Shown here piece by piece: positions 34,932 to 44,964 of a stretch of DNA of 64,000 nt. Position 1 is the stretch's first letter. Each line of letters starts with the position of its first letter. This DNA comes from a virus: positions 14,410 through 78,409 of IMG/VR virus record IMGVR_UViG_3300032238_000977, one strand, 5' to 3'. Below the pieces are notes generated by a model. The model searched no databases. It was not told the origin of the DNA and worked only from the letters and a program-made list of their open reading frames with translations. The position numbers and the translations under genes are program-made.

Positions 34932-35197
34932 TATTTCAAAATATCCTCATAAGATTTCAATAATTTAGAATTTGGTTGTGTAATAGTTAAAATTTTATCA
35001 GAATGAATCATAAAAGTATTTTGGTCAGTATATTCAACCAACCAAGGTTCTAAAGTAAGAGTGGAACCAATTTCATTTTTAACAACAAATGGTTCTACCA
35101 ATTTACAATCTGGTTCACCAAGTTCAGATCCACATTCTTCAATTTGACTGATCAGAACTGACTGATTCAGTAAAATCAACATCTTGATGTTCTTCAT
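34931..35197 (-). CDS. Conserved hypothetical protein
   Basis: GEPDCKLVEPF...LEPW; paralog-like to its neighbour. Confidence 0.75.
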   Translation of the reverse strand: MKNIKMLILLNQSVLISQIEECGSELGEPDCKLVEPFVVKNEIGSTLTLEPWLVEYTDQNTFMIHSDKILTITQPNSKLLKSYEDILK

Positions 35198-35522
35198 TAC
35201 TTTCTCCTTTTCCATTTTTTAATACATCCTTTTCATACATTTGAAATAAACTGTCTACTGGATCTACGATACTAAGAACCCAATCTAAATTTACTGGAAT
35301 ATTTTCCGTTTTGGTTAAAGGAATCCAAGGATACAGTTCAATATCCAAAGATGTTTTTCCTTTAATATCAGAAGGTTTAGTACTTTTAATCCTAATACCA
35401 CATGGTTTGTTAAAAATATACCCAACCACTTTACGATCTTCCTCAGTTTCACCAAGCACCATTTCTTGGATACGAGTGATAATATTTTCACCCGTTTTTA
35501 ATATTACTAGTTTTGTAGTCAT
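35139..35522 (-). CDS. Conserved hypothetical protein (Sm-like fold candidate)
   Basis: LKTGENII...LYPWIPL. Confidence 0.75.
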   Translation of the reverse strand: MTTKLVILKTGENIITRIQEMVLGETEEDRKVVGYIFNKPCGIRIKSTKPSDIKGKTSLDIELYPWIPLTKTENIPVNLDWVLSIVDPVDSLFQMYEKDVLKNGKGESNEEHQDVDFTESVSSDQSN

Positions 35523-35543
35523 TGCACTAAAATACCTCCATAT

Positions 35544-35596
35544 AGTATAGCAAGAAAAAAAAGAGGAGTCAACCTAGATTTTGCCAGGTGCTCCTC
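35544..35596 (-). promoter_or_regulatory. Terminator hairpin overlapping a sigma70 promoter
   Basis: GAGGAG...CTCCTC followed by a T-run; TTGACT -35 inside the hairpin with TATACT -10 downstream. Confidence 0.6.
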
Positions 35597-35619
35597 GCGG
35601 CGACAATATTCAAAAGTAT

Positions 35620-36054
35620 TTATAGATAATCTTTACGTTTATGGTAATCTGGAACAATTCTACCAAGAGTCACAGTTAAAAGCCCATCCTCAAAATCAAC
35701 TGATCGTACTTCCGTATCATCAGAGAGTGTCCACGCTCTCTTAAAACTCCGTTGAGCCAAACCCTTGTGGATATAGTTGGACTCCGTTTCTTTATCCTCT
35801 TTTTGGCCTTCCACAAAGAGTTTACCATCTTGAGTGTAGACATAAACCTCCTTCTTTTTGAATCCGGCAAGAGCAAGTTCTAGTCGTGATTCGACATTGC
35901 TAACTTGAACAAGATTATATGGAGGATAGTTTGTTGTAGTTTCATGCAAATTAAATATGCGATCAAAATACTCATCCATTCCGATAGTATTGCGAGTGAT
36001 CTTATCCATTAAGCGATCTAAATCCGCAGCATTATATTTCATAAGGTTAGTCAT
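35620..36054 (-). CDS. hsp20: Small heat-shock protein Hsp20
   Basis: NYPPYN, LALAGF, HKGLAQRSF, DGLL; start MTNLMKY with AAGGAG SD. Confidence 0.95.
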   Translation of the reverse strand: MTNLMKYNAADLDRLMDKITRNTIGMDEYFDRIFNLHETTTNYPPYNLVQVSNVESRLELALAGFKKKEVYVYTQDGKLFVEGQKEDKETESNYIHKGLAQRSFKRAWTLSDDTEVRSVDFEDGLLTVTLGRIVPDYHKRKDYL

Positions 36055-36217
36055 TATAGTAGCTCCTTTAAAGCGAGTTTGTGTTTTGTGGACCCTTGCG
36101 GCATCCATTATTAATTATACAAGAAACGAAAAAAAGAGGAGGGGTAAAAACCCAACCTCTTTTTAGGGTGTTCCGACTTTTGTAGAGACCGCACGAAAAG
36201 AGTCTCAACAATATTTA

Positions 36218-36658
36218 TCACAAATCTTCTTCTTTTTTCTTCTTAGAACCAATATTATACTTGGTTTCTAACGCCCATTCATTTTTTTCTTTATAAGAAA
36301 GAACTTTAATTTGATTGAGAGGAGCAATGTCTTGAATTTTTTTCAGTTCAACAACCGTAATCAGACCCCAATCAGCAAGAAGTTGGGCAATACGATTACG
36401 ACGTTGAACATCATTCACAGTCAGATTTGCATGTTTACCATCCAAGGCAAACAGCTCTTTAAAGTGAGTAATGTAATATCTACCCTGCTTATGTAGAATG
36501 TGACAAGATTGATATATCTTTTTTTCCTTTCTGGATGCTACTCCAATACGAGTCAAAGTTTCTCTAACTTTTAAAAAGTCGTCTGGTTCATTAAGAATAA
36601 CCTCCACCATCATATCAGGAGACCAGTTTACTTGAGGTTCAATTGTTTGGTTAGTCAT
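36218..36658 (-). CDS. regA: Translational repressor RegA
   Basis: DDFLKVRETLTRIG, CHILHKQG, HFKELF. Confidence 0.95.
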   Translation of the reverse strand: MTNQTIEPQVNWSPDMMVEVILNEPDDFLKVRETLTRIGVASRKEKKIYQSCHILHKQGRYYITHFKELFALDGKHANLTVNDVQRRNRIAQLLADWGLITVVELKKIQDIAPLNQIKVLSYKEKNEWALETKYNIGSKKKKEEDL

Positions 36659-37041
36659 TTTGTTCCGCCAGTTTCAAGTCGTTTTTTAATAAAATCTAAT
36701 TGTTCTTTATTTAGAATCTTCAAAGCTTGAGATGCCTTCTCATTACTATATCCATAGTATTGTTTAACACATTCTAAATCTTTGATTTTATCCTTTCGGA
36801 GCCAAGGAGAAAATCTCTTACGCTTCCTAAGACTATTTAGATAAAACAAATATTGCATATCTTTTGTAAGGTGATGATTAATATTCATCTCATTAGCAAA
36901 AAGAATACAGTCAATATTTCCAGATAAACATCTGTTAATAATATATGGTGGATAATTTTTTATCGAATCTGAAGATTCTTCTACAAAATTCTCTTTAGTA
37001 AAATTAATAGAGTTTAACCAATCCTTAAGTTCATAAGTCAT
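36655..37041 (-). CDS. g62: Clamp loader small subunit gp62
   Basis: YPPYIINR, YYGYSNEKA; synteny. Confidence 0.9.
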   Translation of the reverse strand: MTYELKDWLNSINFTKENFVEESSDSIKNYPPYIINRCLSGNIDCILFANEMNINHHLTKDMQYLFYLNSLRKRKRFSPWLRKDKIKDLECVKQYYGYSNEKASQALKILNKEQLDFIKKRLETGGTK

Positions 37042-38099
37042 CGAATAATCTCCAAATCACTTCCCAGTTTCCAAAGTTCTAACTCAGTTCTTAGACGATT
37101 TTCATTCTTCAGTTTTTCATATCTTTTACTTGCCTTCTTTTTCCACCAAGAAATTACATCATCGGGTTCATATCCAAACTCAGAAATATAATATCTTTTC
37201 TTTTCAGTTAAAGATTTAGCATATTCAATTGACTGCTTAAACTCATTCAACTTTGAAGTATCCTGAAGAGAATTTGTAATGATTGAAATCATCTTTGTTT
37301 GTATTTTTAACTTTTTAGATGATTTATCTGCAGATATGAGACGCTCCCCACCATTGGCTTTATTATTAAACCACCAAAACATTTCACGAAAATAATCATC
37401 GTGAAAAAGAGGTAGAAACTTACTTTCAGTATCTCCAATGTGTCGAATATAAGGTTTAAGACCATCGTACATTGATATACCCTTTGTCGTTCCGTACAAG
37501 GATGTTGTTTCAAAATAACGGAGATTCGTTCCGTACTTATTATCAAAATCCCTTTTTAATTTGTTTGAAGAAGCTAGTAAAGCAAGTAATTTTCCACCAA
37601 GATAATTGTATCCGAAGGGTTGTACTGGGACAATATTAAATCCCATAACAAATTCTTTATTGATTGTAGATAAAGAAAGAACTTCTCCAAAATAATCATT
37701 TCTTGGTTTTGAATTAATAGTTGGAGATCCAAACCTAACTACGCCAATAATCTTTTTTGTACTTTCTTCTGTTACTATCCACTTCAAAGTTCTTCCAGGA
37801 ATTGCTTCTTCAATTGCATTTGAAGCAGTCTCGTTTAATATTTCCGAATATAAATCTTGATTGTATTTTGATGCTGGTTTGGGACTAGTATCCACCTCAT
37901 GAATCTGGAAATCCATTTCATTCGGATGAATATTAAAATTGGAAAAAATTTCATACTCTGGACCAAACAACTTACCAGAAGCATTGGTAAGTCTACTAGA
38001 CTTTACAAATCTCAAATAATCATCAATTCGATTAAATCTTGAATAATAGTTTATAAATTGATCCGCAGCCCACACAGCATCTTCATTTGAAAGACTCAT
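37038..38099 (-). CDS. DUF4338/DruA-like protein
   Basis: PGRTLKW, VPVQPFGYNYLGGKLLAL, ETTSLYG...SMYDGL. Confidence 0.65.
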   Translation of the reverse strand: MSLSNEDAVWAADQFINYYSRFNRIDDYLRFVKSSRLTNASGKLFGPEYEIFSNFNIHPNEMDFQIHEVDTSPKPASKYNQDLYSEILNETASNAIEEAIPGRTLKWIVTEESTKKIIGVVRFGSPTINSKPRNDYFGEVLSLSTINKEFVMGFNIVPVQPFGYNYLGGKLLALLASSNKLKRDFDNKYGTNLRYFETTSLYGTTKGISMYDGLKPYIRHIGDTESKFLPLFHDDYFREMFWWFNNKANGGERLISADKSSKKLKIQTKMISIITNSLQDTSKLNEFKQSIEYAKSLTEKKRYYISEFGYEPDDVISWWKKKASKRYEKLKNENRLRTELELWKLGSDLEIIR

Positions 38100-39046
38100 T
38101 TGAATTCACATTCACACATAACTTCAGTAAGGGCAGCAAGAAGATTTATTTCCTGGTCAGCCACGAACGCACATTGGTATTGATACTTAGCAATAACAAG
38201 AACGGCAGCAGGGATAGATGTGGGTGAAAGATGGTCAAAAGTGGCGTCATAAACCCTGCGAAGTAGACTAGAAGCATCGTTGTCCAAGTTGGAGACCACC
38301 CACTTTCGGACCTCAGTAAAGTTCTTATCCTTGAGATTTTTAACCAGTTCATTTACAGAGATGTCCGAGAAAGATGCAAGAATACCTGAGTCAATCTTCC
38401 CCCCCACCGAATACCTTTGACATTCGTTGAGGACTCTTCGCCAATCTGGAAAGTGTTTGTTAATGATTTCTGCAAGAACTTTTTCATCATATTCAATTTT
38501 TTCCTTGTCCAAGATTTCTTGGAGTCTTTTGAAGAACGCACCCGCAAGATGCGCTCTTTCCTTACCTTTGATACCAAACTCAACGACAGCACACCTGGAA
38601 TGGAGCGGCTCAATGATTTTATTTTTATAGTTGCAGGTAAAGATGAATCTGCAGTTGTTAGCAAACTCCTCAATAGACGCCCGTAGTAAGAGTTGTACAT
38701 CGTTGGTTGTGTTATCTGCCTCATCAATGATGATGACTTTGTGTTTAGCAGTTGACGAAAGCGATACGGTCGAAGCGAAGTTCTTTGCATTGTTTCTGAC
38801 AGTATCGAGGAATCTACCCTCATCGGATCCATTAATAACATAAACATCTACTCCCAATTCATTACATAATGCCTTTGCTACTGTAGTTTTACCGACCCCA
38901 GGAGGACCAGCAAGAAGCATATTTGAAATTTCACCTCTATTTAGAAAGTCACTAAAAGTTTTTTTAATATTCTCAGGAAGAATACAATCTTCAATTGTCT
39001 TTGGGCGATATTTTTCAACCCACAAAAATTCATCACGCATAATCAA
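38096..39046 (-). CDS. g44: Clamp loader large subunit gp44
   Basis: WVEKYRP, GPPGVGKT, IIDEAD, SRC. Confidence 0.95.
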   Translation of the reverse strand: MIMRDEFLWVEKYRPKTIEDCILPENIKKTFSDFLNRGEISNMLLAGPPGVGKTTVAKALCNELGVDVYVINGSDEGRFLDTVRNNAKNFASTVSLSSTAKHKVIIIDEADNTTNDVQLLLRASIEEFANNCRFIFTCNYKNKIIEPLHSRCAVVEFGIKGKERAHLAGAFFKRLQEILDKEKIEYDEKVLAEIINKHFPDWRRVLNECQRYSVGGKIDSGILASFSDISVNELVKNLKDKNFTEVRKWVVSNLDNDASSLLRRVYDATFDHLSPTSIPAAVLVIAKYQYQCAFVADQEINLLAALTEVMCECEFK

Positions 39047-39189
39047 ATAGGTTGAGGACCACCAACAATAATAGCAGAAGGAATCTGAACTTGAGCAATT
39101 TTCTTTGCTTGAGATTGACTATCTGCATCGACAACAACTTCCAAGTAACGTCCGTCACGTGGAAGTTTATATTTTACACAATATTTCAT
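39043..39189 (-). CDS. Small hypothetical protein (48 aa, not in ORF track)
   Basis: MKYCVKYKLPRDGRYLEVVVDADSQSQAKKIAQ... Confidence 0.6.
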   Translation of the reverse strand: MKYCVKYKLPRDGRYLEVVVDADSQSQAKKIAQVQIPSAIIVGGPQPI

Positions 39190-39869
39190 CTAAATTTAGA
39201 ATCGGGTTCAAGAGCAATATAATACGTCAAATCTGAGGTTTGACTCTTAAATCTAGAAAGAAGTTTTTCCGAAATTACAACTTCATATGTTCCAGGAAGA
39301 ATTTTAATATTTTCTACCTTAAAGTTAAAAACAAATTCGTTGTCGGTTTCACCAACAATAATTGAAAACTCATTAGAAGAATCATTCTTCTTATCACGAA
39401 CTACCAATTTAATTACACCATTTTCACCAACGGCAGAAAGATCAGAAATCTGATATACTGCTGCAGCTTTTTTAAGTTTATCAATTTGTTGGGTATTGAT
39501 AACGAAACAAACATCTTCACTCGGAAGATTAATCTGTTTATCAGGAGGAGTAACAATTACGTTAGGATCTGCAAAGAAATACTTTGAGCGTTCTTTACCG
39601 TCCCTAATAATTGTATAACTATCATTCTCAAAATCCAATTCTGGATTATCATTGATAGAAAGTGCATTCAAAAATTGAGTAAGATCGTAGATCCCAAAAT
39701 CTTTAGGAAATTCTTCTTCAACTGTTGCTTCCGCAAGAATGTTCTTCATCACAGAAATTGTGCGGATTGTTTTCCCAGATTTAAATAAAATTGACTGGTT
39801 AATTGAGGAAAAATTTTTAAGTACAGAGATGGTCTTTTCAGAAAATTTCATAGTTTTTTTTAGTTTCAC
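39186..39869 (-). CDS. g45: Sliding clamp gp45
   Basis: LKNFSSINQS, FGIYDL, YYIALE. Confidence 0.95.
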   Translation of the reverse strand: MKLKKTMKFSEKTISVLKNFSSINQSILFKSGKTIRTISVMKNILAEATVEEEFPKDFGIYDLTQFLNALSINDNPELDFENDSYTIIRDGKERSKYFFADPNVIVTPPDKQINLPSEDVCFVINTQQIDKLKKAAAVYQISDLSAVGENGVIKLVVRDKKNDSSNEFSIIVGETDNEFVFNFKVENIKILPGTYEVVISEKLLSRFKSQTSDLTYYIALEPDSKFR

Positions 39870-40240
39870 TTGTTTTCAACGAGATTAAGATGATTAATCA
39901 AAAGAATAGTATAGTGCAGTACTTTGAATAAGTCGGCACGAGGAGTTCCTTTTGTATCATAACGATCAGTGTACTTAGTGATATTACCAGCACAAAATCC
40001 TTCACGACGATTGTGCTTAATCTTATCGAGGGTTTGTTCAGTTCCACCACCAGTACGATCAACATAATGTTGACTATAAGTACCAGAAATGTACTGTTCA
40101 AGTTGTTTCAGGATTTTATCTTCGTTGTATTTCCAGAAACCATTAGCATTTGCATTTTCGTTCATAGTAACAGGGGTTTTTTCAATTACAATTTTATCTT
40201 CACTATTAAGAGACATAGTGAATTGATTATACTCGTTCAT
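39866..40240 (-). CDS. DUF3310-like conserved protein
   Basis: TYSQHY...GFCAGNITKY..RY..KG...DLFKVLHY. Confidence 0.7.
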   Translation of the reverse strand: MNEYNQFTMSLNSEDKIVIEKTPVTMNENANANGFWKYNEDKILKQLEQYISGTYSQHYVDRTGGGTEQTLDKIKHNRREGFCAGNITKYTDRYDTKGTPRADLFKVLHYTILLINHLNLVENK

Positions 40241-40271
40241 AATAAGGGGGAAGTCACATTAACCTCCCCCA

Positions 40272-40300
40272 ATTATATCAGAAAGAAGCGGGTTGGTCAA
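40272..40300 (-). promoter_or_regulatory. Sigma70 promoter
   Basis: TTGACC-N17-TATAAT. Confidence 0.7.
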
Positions 40301-41408
40301 TATTAGGATTGATATCCACTTGTTCAATAGGCATCTGGAAGTCAACATCAACCTTGTCGTACAGTTCCAAGAACGACTGTTTGGTCTCCTCATCAAAGCG
40401 GTTCACACACACTTGAATTGCCTTTGCCTTGTCTTGGAAGATGCTGTAGGCGCGGATGATATGGACCAGACGACGGGTAGAGATGATTTCCTCAATACCA
40501 CCATCATAGAAGGTCTTGCGGATGATATCTGCCCAATCAGTAAGACGCTTGCAGAAGTCACGGTCTTCCACGCCAAGGTCCAGGGCAACGCCTTCCAGGA
40601 TCTTCTGCTCGATAGCAGGAGCAGGATAGGACTGCTCAAGGGTTACGGGGAAACGCTCAAGGAATGCTTCGTTAAGAACGTTAGTACCGATGAATCGCCC
40701 ATCATCAGAACCCTTACCTTTTGTATTAGCAGTAGCTACAATGTTGAAACCAACAGCAGGTTTCACAAACTTACCAATTTTTTTCAGGAAGACACCTTTA
40801 CCTTCCAGGATGGACTGGAGGCACAGAATCTTGTTAGAGGCAAGGTCAATCTCATCCAGAAGCAGGACAGCACCACGTTCCAGTGCTTCTACAACGGGAC
40901 CATTATGCCAGACAGTTTCACCATTCACAAGACGGAAACCTCCGATTAGATCATCCTCATCAGTTTCGATAGTGATATTTACACGGATGAGTTCACGCTT
41001 AAGTTGGGCACACGCTTGCTCAACAGAGAACGTTTTACCGTTACCCGACAGACCCGTGATAAACGCAGGGTAAAAAATATTGGACTGAATAATTTTTTTA
41101 ATATCACCAAAGTTACCAAACTTGACGAAGGTATCATCTTTATCGGGAATAAGGTTTTGTTCCACGGCAGGAAGAGCGGGAGGTGCTTGATAAGAACGTT
41201 CGATTTCTTGAACACGCTCCTGAGTAACTTCAAGATTCCAACGACCACGGGAAGTTTTAAACTTATCAAGGCGACGGGTCACCGTCTGATAATTCAGACT
41301 ACGGGAAGCGCAGAAACCCTTGATATCACCGGCACTCAGTTCAGAACCGAACAGAGATTGAAGTTCAGCAATCAGTTGATCGTCAGTCACAGAAATCTTG
41401 CGGGGCAT
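40278..41408 (-). CDS. cobS: MoxR-type AAA+ ATPase (CobS-like)
   Basis: GLSGNGKT, LLLDEID, TANTKG, AFLERF, ISTRRL. Confidence 0.9.
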   Translation of the reverse strand: MPRKISVTDDQLIAELQSLFGSELSAGDIKGFCASRSLNYQTVTRRLDKFKTSRGRWNLEVTQERVQEIERSYQAPPALPAVEQNLIPDKDDTFVKFGNFGDIKKIIQSNIFYPAFITGLSGNGKTFSVEQACAQLKRELIRVNITIETDEDDLIGGFRLVNGETVWHNGPVVEALERGAVLLLDEIDLASNKILCLQSILEGKGVFLKKIGKFVKPAVGFNIVATANTKGKGSDDGRFIGTNVLNEAFLERFPVTLEQSYPAPAIEQKILEGVALDLGVEDRDFCKRLTDWADIIRKTFYDGGIEEIISTRRLVHIIRAYSIFQDKAKAIQVCVNRFDEETKQSFLELYDKVDVDFQMPIEQVDINPNIDQPASF

Positions 41409-41481
41409 AATGTAGTTAGGTGGTTTTGTTTAACTGAAGTAATTATAGCAGCAAAAAGGGGGTCTTGAGGACCCCCAGTGG

Positions 41482-41676
41482 TCAGTTCACTAACTGGTTT
41501 CTCAACTGCTCCAAATACTCTTGAGAAGCAATTTTTGGTTTATATCCAGGATAAAACATTTTAACAAGAGTTCCAACTCCCATAGCAGTGATAGCACTAT
41601 CACACTTTACCCAAACTTCTTGAGTATCATACTTAACAACGTGATCATATGGAAATTTATCAAGTTTTTTAGACAT
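41482..41676 (-). CDS. Hypothetical protein
   Basis: Small ORF, likely start MSKKLDK. Confidence 0.65.
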   Translation of the reverse strand: MSKKLDKFPYDHVVKYDTQEVWVKCDSAITAMGVGTLVKMFYPGYKPKIASQEYLEQLRNQLVN

Positions 41677-41677
41677 T

Positions 41678-42787
41678 TCAATCCTCAACTGTAAATGTTT
41701 TGTTTTTTACTTTAGTATCAAATTCACCAGTTCTTCCTGGTTTCATTTTACCAATTTTAACATTCTTACCCTTTCCAGGCCAAGAAGTTTTTGATGTTCC
41801 TTTAAGAGTTGCACTTCCACCACCCTTACGTTGAATCAAAACAGAATCTTGATCGTACTTTTTACCCAATTTTTCAATTGCTTTTTTAAACTGCCTTTTT
41901 CCTTTTTTACCAGGAGTAATGACGTGAGATTTTTCAGCAACTTTTTTCTCCTGAGAAGTCCCTGGGTTCTCAGTATATCTACCTTTTACTTTAGTAGGTC
42001 CTGGAAGACCAGCACCTCTTACATCTTTTTCAAGTTGTTTTGAACGTGCTTTATTCTCTGACTTTGATTTGTCTCCACGTTGGGCAGACATAATAGCCAT
42101 CCCACCTTTTTCAGATTTGGACTTAATTCTATTCAAGGATGTTTCTTGAATAGAATTGCATTCTAGCATAAATTGCTTAAATGATTTACCTTCCTCTAGT
42201 TTTGCCATTTGTACTCCTGTTTTTGGATTTCTTTCACCCATACCAAGTTTTTTATATATTCTACCTCTTTGCTCTGCACCTTCATCATCACTTCTCTTTC
42301 TTTTTTTCCCCGATGAACTAATAGCAGTAGGAGTATTGGTAGCAACACCCTTACGCTCTTTCATCTTATCTTTTACATCTTTCAAAGCTCCGACAAATTG
42401 TCTTGCCCTTTGCCCTGGTTCTTTTACCTTAGACTTTGGAGAACCCACAGTAATATCATGCACTTCAGAATCTTTTTTAGCTCCAGTTTTATGAAACTGT
42501 TTTTTCAATTCTTTAGCATCAACCTTTTCACCCTCTTTATGTTTTTGTTTTGATGTATGAGCAGCATAATCTGCAGGAGACTTATGAGTTCTTACCCAAA
42601 CAGGAACATCCTTCCCACTTTTTTCCACCTTTGGATCTTGAATAGGACCCTTCTTTCTAAATCCAGCACGAGCAACATCTTTTCTAGCAGCACCTTCGGA
42701 TCCGGGAATAGGCATTGTACCTGATTTGCCGGATCCTTTCATTTTAAGTAAAGTCCTTTCATCAAGGATTTCTTCCTGAAACTGCAT
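41678..42787 (-). CDS. Basic two-module protein, probable head-internal protein
   Basis: ILDE, KSFKQFMLE, IQE motifs; ATAAATA at 42803-42809. Confidence 0.6.
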   Translation of the reverse strand: MQFQEEILDERTLLKMKGSGKSGTMPIPGSEGAARKDVARAGFRKKGPIQDPKVEKSGKDVPVWVRTHKSPADYAAHTSKQKHKEGEKVDAKELKKQFHKTGAKKDSEVHDITVGSPKSKVKEPGQRARQFVGALKDVKDKMKERKGVATNTPTAISSSGKKRKRSDDEGAEQRGRIYKKLGMGERNPKTGVQMAKLEEGKSFKQFMLECNSIQETSLNRIKSKSEKGGMAIMSAQRGDKSKSENKARSKQLEKDVRGAGLPGPTKVKGRYTENPGTSQEKKVAEKSHVITPGKKGKRQFKKAIEKLGKKYDQDSVLIQRKGGGSATLKGTSKTSWPGKGKNVKIGKMKPGRTGEFDTKVKNKTFTVED

Positions 42788-42813
42788 CTTTATATTACTT
42801 TTTATTTATTTAT

Positions 42814-44964
42814 TTAAGCAACAAGATCCATAAACTCTCCCAAAACCCGCTTGTTCATCTTTTTAGATTTCAGACTCTTTACAAAAGCAGATTTAATTTG
42901 TGCTTTGGTTGCACATTCATGAACATCAAACTCAGCATCTTGAGATAAAGCAGTTGCAGAAAGACCAAAGTAAGAATGATACCCAGATTTTTTGATAGAG
43001 ATTGCTTTTTCCTTTTTCCAAGTAGACATTACTTTTTCATAATCAGGACCATAGCATCCACAGTAACGGCGGATAAAACTTCCAGCATCACGACTTTCAA
43101 GAACACGGATACCAATGAAGTTAATATAAGCAAATTTATCTCGGAGATTGCAAAGAAGAACATCAGTAAATTTCCACCACTCACCATCAAGAGAATAAGT
43201 GTTACCAGTCTTGCGATCACGAAGGAAAGCATTAGAACCAATGTGAGAAACGCCAATAAAAGGACCTTCTTCCCAGTTACGTTGAACTTCACGATGATAC
43301 TTTGGAGACTGAGATTCACCATCAGTAAGAATCACACATTGAACTTTTTGCAGTTTGTTTTCGCTCCGAAACTTTGGAAGAATTTGATGAAGAGTAATCA
43401 GAGTCTCATTCAATGGAGTTCCAGAAAGATTCAAACCCAAAGGAATATTATAACTACAATTATACGAACGACTAAAAGCTGCAGAAAGACGAAAAATGTT
43501 TTTCATTTGCTCATCTAGAGTTTTGCCATTTACTTTACTAGTCAGAAGATTCATCAAAGAAAACCATTCACCGACTTGAACAAGTCCATCACGTTTTTCA
43601 TAAGAAAGTTCGCGGAAATTTGCTTTACCATCTTCATCATAGGAAACCAAAGGATAATCAGTAGTAAAAGCATAAACCTCAAAAGGAATCGAAACTTTCT
43701 TACAGAACCAAACAAGGTTGAAAAGTTGCTTTACCGTATCCAACATCACATCCCCCATTGAACCAGACCAGTCCAGAATGAATACCAGACCGTGATTCTT
43801 GCCGTCTGCAAGTGTTGTGACCTTGCGGAACAGGTCTTCATTGTATTTGTAGGTGTGCAGTTTAGAGCAGTCTAGAACACCTGTACGCGCCGTCGTCGCA
43901 CGTGCATAACTATCTGCTGCCTTACGGCACTCAAACTCTTTTACCAGATAATTAACTTCCTTCTGAGCAGAACGCTTGAACTGATTGAACTGAGTATCAA
44001 CATTCCCAAAAATTTCGTCATGAGTGTACCCAGTACGCTCAAGATAATCTTTCCAAGTTTCCTTACACTTATCATGAATTTCTGCATTTGGAACGATTAC
44101 TTTTTTCAAATCAAGTTTAGGAAGTTCAATATAAACATTCTCATAACCACTAGTATTAACCAAGTCTTTTAGAGATTCTTCCAAAGAATCCATAGTTTTA
44201 ACTTCAGGTTCTTCATTCTCATCACCACCCACGGGAGAGTTAGTAGATTTCAGTTGCTCCGAAGATTCGCTGGAAGCAGAACCATCAGAACCATCAGATT
44301 CGGGTTGGTCGTTCTCACCTTCTCGTTGATCGGAGAAGTCAGAAGCAGGTTGTTGATTAGCACCACTTTGTTGAGACTCAAGATTATCAATTTGAGTCTT
44401 AGTTTCTTCTTGCTTTTTTTGTTTACAATACTTATAGAGTGCTTCTGCAGCGATCAGAACATCAGCAAAGGTTTCGGTATCGGCAATCAGGTTGATGATT
44501 TCAGTTTCTTCGCCACGCTCAACAGGAATATCTACAAAATTACCAACCTTGAACCACAGGTTAGCACGGTCAGCAAGGTTATAAGTTTCCAGTTTATCAT
44601 CACCAATCTGAAAGAAATCTTGGTCAGCAAGTTCCTTATAACCGTTGAAGAAAGTCTTAGCAAGACCAGCATAACGACGCTTCATCAGTTTCTCGATGCG
44701 AGCATCTTCCACCACATTCACAAACTGCGGGGGAATCTTGTGCTCCTTCAACCAGTCTTCATCAGGCGTAAAAAGTGCATGACCAACCTCATGTCCTACC
44801 AGAAGGTCATAGACTGTATTGCTTGCCTTCTCCCACAGAGGCAGCGTCAGCACACGAGTATGAACATTAAAACAGGCAGTCTCTACTTTCTTATGCTCAA
44901 CCACAAGATCTTCAGTAGCAAGCAGTTTAGCCAGTTGTGACTTGATTTCGTGGCGGACAGTCAT
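42814..44964 (-). CDS. Zincin peptidase + vWA domain protein (CobT-like)
   Basis: HEVGH...NVVEDARIE, acidic linker, LDWSGSM MIDAS, GTP, ILTDGES. Confidence 0.85.
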   Translation of the reverse strand: MTVRHEIKSQLAKLLATEDLVVEHKKVETACFNVHTRVLTLPLWEKASNTVYDLLVGHEVGHALFTPDEDWLKEHKIPPQFVNVVEDARIEKLMKRRYAGLAKTFFNGYKELADQDFFQIGDDKLETYNLADRANLWFKVGNFVDIPVERGEETEIINLIADTETFADVLIAAEALYKYCKQKKQEETKTQIDNLESQQSGANQQPASDFSDQREGENDQPESDGSDGSASSESSEQLKSTNSPVGGDENEEPEVKTMDSLEESLKDLVNTSGYENVYIELPKLDLKKVIVPNAEIHDKCKETWKDYLERTGYTHDEIFGNVDTQFNQFKRSAQKEVNYLVKEFECRKAADSYARATTARTGVLDCSKLHTYKYNEDLFRKVTTLADGKNHGLVFILDWSGSMGDVMLDTVKQLFNLVWFCKKVSIPFEVYAFTTDYPLVSYDEDGKANFRELSYEKRDGLVQVGEWFSLMNLLTSKVNGKTLDEQMKNIFRLSAAFSRSYNCSYNIPLGLNLSGTPLNETLITLHQILPKFRSENKLQKVQCVILTDGESQSPKYHREVQRNWEEGPFIGVSHIGSNAFLRDRKTGNTYSLDGEWWKFTDVLLCNLRDKFAYINFIGIRVLESRDAGSFIRRYCGCYGPDYEKVMSTWKKEKAISIKKSGYHSYFGLSATALSQDAEFDVHECATKAQIKSAFVKSLKSKKMNKRVLGEFMDLVA

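Noticed and set aside
40293-44940. Long plus-strand ORFs (40293-40949, 42976-43518, 44254-44940) and other plus-strand ORFs in the track
   Set aside because: They are antisense shadows of well-supported minus-strand genes, with no motifs or translation signals
40278-44964. cobS/cobT as cobalamin-synthesis auxiliary genes
   Set aside because: Generic MoxR AAA + vWA/zincin architecture, with no cobN or other cob genes
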